From Ginkgo biloba (Eukaryota > Plantae > Ginkgophyta), in contig JANKJI020000002.1 of assembly GCA_024626585.2 (NCBI GenBank), positions 217,391,428 to 217,417,058 of the forward strand: a stretch of DNA of 25,631 bases, written 5' to 3'. The notes beneath the pieces were generated by a model. It saw only the letters and a list, made by a program, of their open reading frames with translations. It had not been told where the DNA came from and did not search any database. This document shows, one piece after another, positions 22,635 to 25,631 of the stretch (the first letter of the stretch is position 1; each line of letters opens with the position of its first letter). The position numbers and the translations under genes were made by a program.

Positions 22635-23467
22635 TGTATTGATGGCTAAAAATTATTCCTTTATGAATACTTATGAGGTGTATTATTTTGTTCTACAATT
22701 TCTGAAATCAACCCCACCATACTGCAAGTCTAGGACAATATTGGTTTTAGCTAGAAACCTATTGGGCAATCTGATGCCTTGACGAAAGGTGCTTTTGTAT
22801 GAGGCTGTAGTTTTTCCCTAGTGTGGACACTTTTTAGCTACTGACAGTGGGGTTTATGGACACGCTAAGAGGGCTAGATTGTTGTGTAGTCTATTGTTGT
22901 AGTTGTAGGGGGTACAAGTTATTGTTGTAGCCATGGTACAATGGTTCGTTGTTGCAACCATAGGATTTTTATAGGAGTAAGGTTTTTAGTTTAGTGTCTA
23001 TTGTTATAGCCCTAGGGATTTATNNNNNNNNNNNNNNNNNNNNNNNNNNNNNNNNNNNNNNNNNNNNNNNNNNNNNNNNNNNNNNNNNNNNNNNNNNNNN
23101 NNNNNNNNTAGATCTATGCCTAGCATCCTTACTAGTGCAAGGGTTATGGGGTTGAGTCTAGTAGACTAGTAATGGTTGTTAGCGCCGACAGTTAGCATTT
23201 ATGTGATGGAGGTTTGGTTGCCCACATAGTAGGCCCCTTTAGGTAGTCCCCAAGGCCAACAACATGGTGGTTGGAGTTCTTACTATAAGTTGATTCTGGT
23301 GAAATAGTCTCATGNNNNNNNNNNNNNNNNNNNNNNNNNNNNNNNNNNNNNNNNNNNNNNNNNNNNNNNNNNNNNNNNNNNNNNNNNNNNNNNNNNNNNN
23401 NNNNNNNNNNNNNNGATGTAGGTCTAATAAGTTTGTTTTTGCAAGCGTACAGGAGTATGTTGTTATA
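22635..23467 (+). mobile_element. 5' LTR (partial, gapped) ending just before a PBS
   Basis: Shares sequence with 5850-6413. Ends TGTTATA (plausibly a C>T-decayed TGTTACA) one base before the PBS. Left boundary uncertain. Confidence 0.6.
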
Positions 23468-23468
23468 G

Positions 23469-23480
23469 TGGTATCAGAGC
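23469..23480 (+). other. Primer-binding site complementary to the tRNA-iMet 3' end
   Basis: Exact TGGTATCAGAGC, the standard plant LTR-retrotransposon iMet PBS, next to an LTR-like end. Confidence 0.85.
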
Positions 23481-23569
23481 TTGAGGGAGCCTTATTTGCC
23501 CTTAAGCTAAGTCGCTAGGGTTTTTGCAGTAAGAAGTAGGGGAAATTTCAAAAATTAAATTTTAGCAAG

Positions 23570-23750
23570 CATGCATATACTAAAATTCACAACACTACTA
23601 CTACTATGGCCAAATGCACTAAAAAACCCTTATGACTAAGGGCACCCTACTACTAGGGATTTGTTCCACCCATTTATTGGGCTTAGAACCCCACTAAACA
23701 TTAGTACAACACATAAATGCAATTTTCTTTAGAAATTGTAGAAAACTATT
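23570..23750 (-). repeat. Inverted copy of the LTR-family segment at 5578-5760
   Basis: Reverse complement CAATTTCTAAAGAAAATTGCATT...TAGTAGGGTGCCCTTAGTCATAAGGG resembles CAATTTCTACACAGAATTATATT...GGTAGGGCATCCTTAGTTAAAGGG at 5578-5690. Confidence 0.55.
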
Positions 23751-24559
23751 TCATTTATGTATTCTAGCAATCAAATACAAAGCTACAACTCAAGAAATAC
23801 TTATAAAGATNNNNNNNNNNNNNNNNCAACTTACCTAGAGGAAATGAAGAAGTATACCTTTTTGAATATTTAGATGTTGTAAGATGTCAAAATTTATTTA
23901 AGAGTAGTGCAATGATTGGTTTAAAAGAAGAAATTGGTTGCTCTGATGGTGCTAGAACAGGTCGTCGCGTTGCCAGAAGTGCTGAGACTCCTTTGTGAGG
24001 TTCGTTGGGCCTCCAAACACTGCAAAAGTTGGATCTAATACCTCCATTGAGGTTGCCTCCAATCAAGGAATATATCTAAGCAATCACATTGTTAAAATAA
24101 GCAAAAGTTGTTATAGAAGAAGATATCTCAGTTCCAGTGATGCAAAAAGGAGACAATACCTGGAAAATGCAACTTGCATAAAGAAGGGTCTTCAACCAAA
24201 ATGTAGAAATCACTCCAAAATTGATAAAATGCCTTCAAGATGTAATGATAGTGTCTTAAGGGTTGTCTAAGCCTAAACTAGCCCTCTTAAGTAACATAAA
24301 ATAGGCACAATGCACCACATAAGAGTTGGGCTTACTGAAGACGCTACCGTCATAGCTCAAAGAGCCCTTTATGGCATTCTACACGTTGAAATTATAGCAG
24401 GAGGGGAGGCGCTCTTGGTTGGAACATTTCCCTAGGCCTTTTCTTCACAATTTTTCTTCTCTTCATGACTTTATTTGGAGCACTCATTAAAAGATGTAAA
24501 ATGTATATATTGGGCTCCAAGGACTACTTGGGTTTATTCTTAGTTACTGAGATAAGATT

Positions 24560-24960
24560 TGCATGAATATCTTGGGCTGTAGCAATCTATTTCTTGAGCT
24601 ATAAGGCTAGATCTTGTATCTAATCATAATTGTACAATAGGTGTTGTCAGATATTCTCCTAGAGCTTGGGTGTTAACGCATCAAGGAAATACATCAAGTG
24701 CAGTTTTGGAATAGGTGTACTCTTGTACATCTTGGAGACCAAAACTTAGATATGCTCATCAAAGTCTTGCACTGATTTATGATAGCCTTCTCGAATCTCC
24801 CTTAAAATCTCTAGAATAGAAGAAGTGTCCCTTAATTGTTGAAATTGGTATAAGAAAGCAAATTGTTGTTTCGACCATGGCTTGATTGTAATTGCCATGC
24901 AAATATACCAAGCCAAAGGAGTACGATGCAATTTTTTGGAAAATTTGTTTCTTGAATCAT
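24560..24960 (-). mobile_element. Degenerate retrotransposon gag (Retrotrans_gag-like)
   Basis: LAWY...TIKPWSKQQFAFLYQFQQLRD...EIREGYHKSVQDFDEHI*VL...LHLMYFLDALTPKL fits the gag pattern A..W(Y/F)...I.TW..L...FL..F...I.QG..ESV.D(Y/F)...F...F..GL.P.L. Confidence 0.7.
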
Positions 24961-25341
24961 CTTTAGGAAAAAGGATGACAGATGGTAAACTTAATGATGT
25001 GGAAGTCACTAAGAGTGTCGTCAAATGCATTTATGATAGGAAGATAGATGGTACAATACTTGACATTAGACAATATTAATTGCAGGATGACATCAGACAA
25101 CATTAATTGCAAGCTGATGTCAGCCCTAAACTTGCACCAAATGCTATTAAATCAAGGGGCAATAAAATTGAATTAAATGGAGTAATGAATGCAGACTTGG
25201 TTGCACTTAATAAGAGAGATAAAGATGCAATAAACGCAATAGTAATTAATGGTTGAAGTCAAATTTAATGAGAGATAAAGGCAATAAATGTAGTAGTAAT
25301 TAATGACTATCATGGGAAAATAGCACATCTTAATTCCCCAA

Positions 25342-25631
25342 TAAGAATAATGCCATTCCATAACATAACAAAGGACATAACATGAGGGTTCTTTATGCAC
25401 AAAGATTCCTTTATGTGAATATGCATGTATAAAGAAATCATGAGAAACATCCTATAGCATAAGAAAAGAGATAACACAAAATATGAGATAGAATGTGGTG
25501 ATAATTCTCTAGTAAGAATAATGCCATTCCATAACATAGCAAAGAACATAACATGGGGCTTCTTTATGCACAAAGAGTTGTTAATGTGAATATGCATACA
25601 GAAAGAAATCATGAGAAACACGTCGTAGCAT
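25342..25631. repeat. Tandem repeat, 171-bp period, truncated by the window end
   Basis: TAAGAATAATGCCATTCCATAACATA...CTTTATGCACAAAGA...AAAGAAATCATGAGAAACA starts at 25342 and again at 25513. Confidence 0.85.

Noticed and set aside
25310-25621. 103-aa ORF with an internal repeat; possible CRISPR-like array
   Set aside because: It is the translation of the 171-bp tandem repeat. There is no short-repeat/unique-spacer structure and no cas genes, and the context is eukaryotic.

Overview
AT-rich, gap-ridden (many N runs) eukaryotic genomic DNA, most likely from a land plant with a large, retrotransposon-rich genome. It is not prokaryotic: no operon, CRISPR array, rRNA or tRNA is visible. Most readable sequence is decayed Ty3/gypsy LTR-retrotransposon material (gag, protease/RT, integrase, chromodomain, LTRs, PBS, PPT) plus a LINE relic. 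Two host genes show through as isolated exons with canonical splice sites. (1) On +, exons at 11742-11900 and 19129-19350 (possible first exon 2747-2809) encode the N-terminal coiled coil of an outer-dynein-arm docking complex subunit of the ODA1/DC2 (CCDC114/CCDC63) family. (2) On -, an exon at 19726-19518 carries the 'LILA..RTRRPD....F..Y.GGW.I.N.HYWA' motif of the plant Tweety-like transmembrane family. The two exons lie 167 bp apart with splice donors facing each other, so the genes appear to be interleaved antisense transcription units. All family assignments come from recalled motifs, not database searches. I see no evidence for a wholly new multi-gene system. The best leads are the interleaved gene pair and an intact ODA-docking gene in a lineage thought to lack outer dynein arms.
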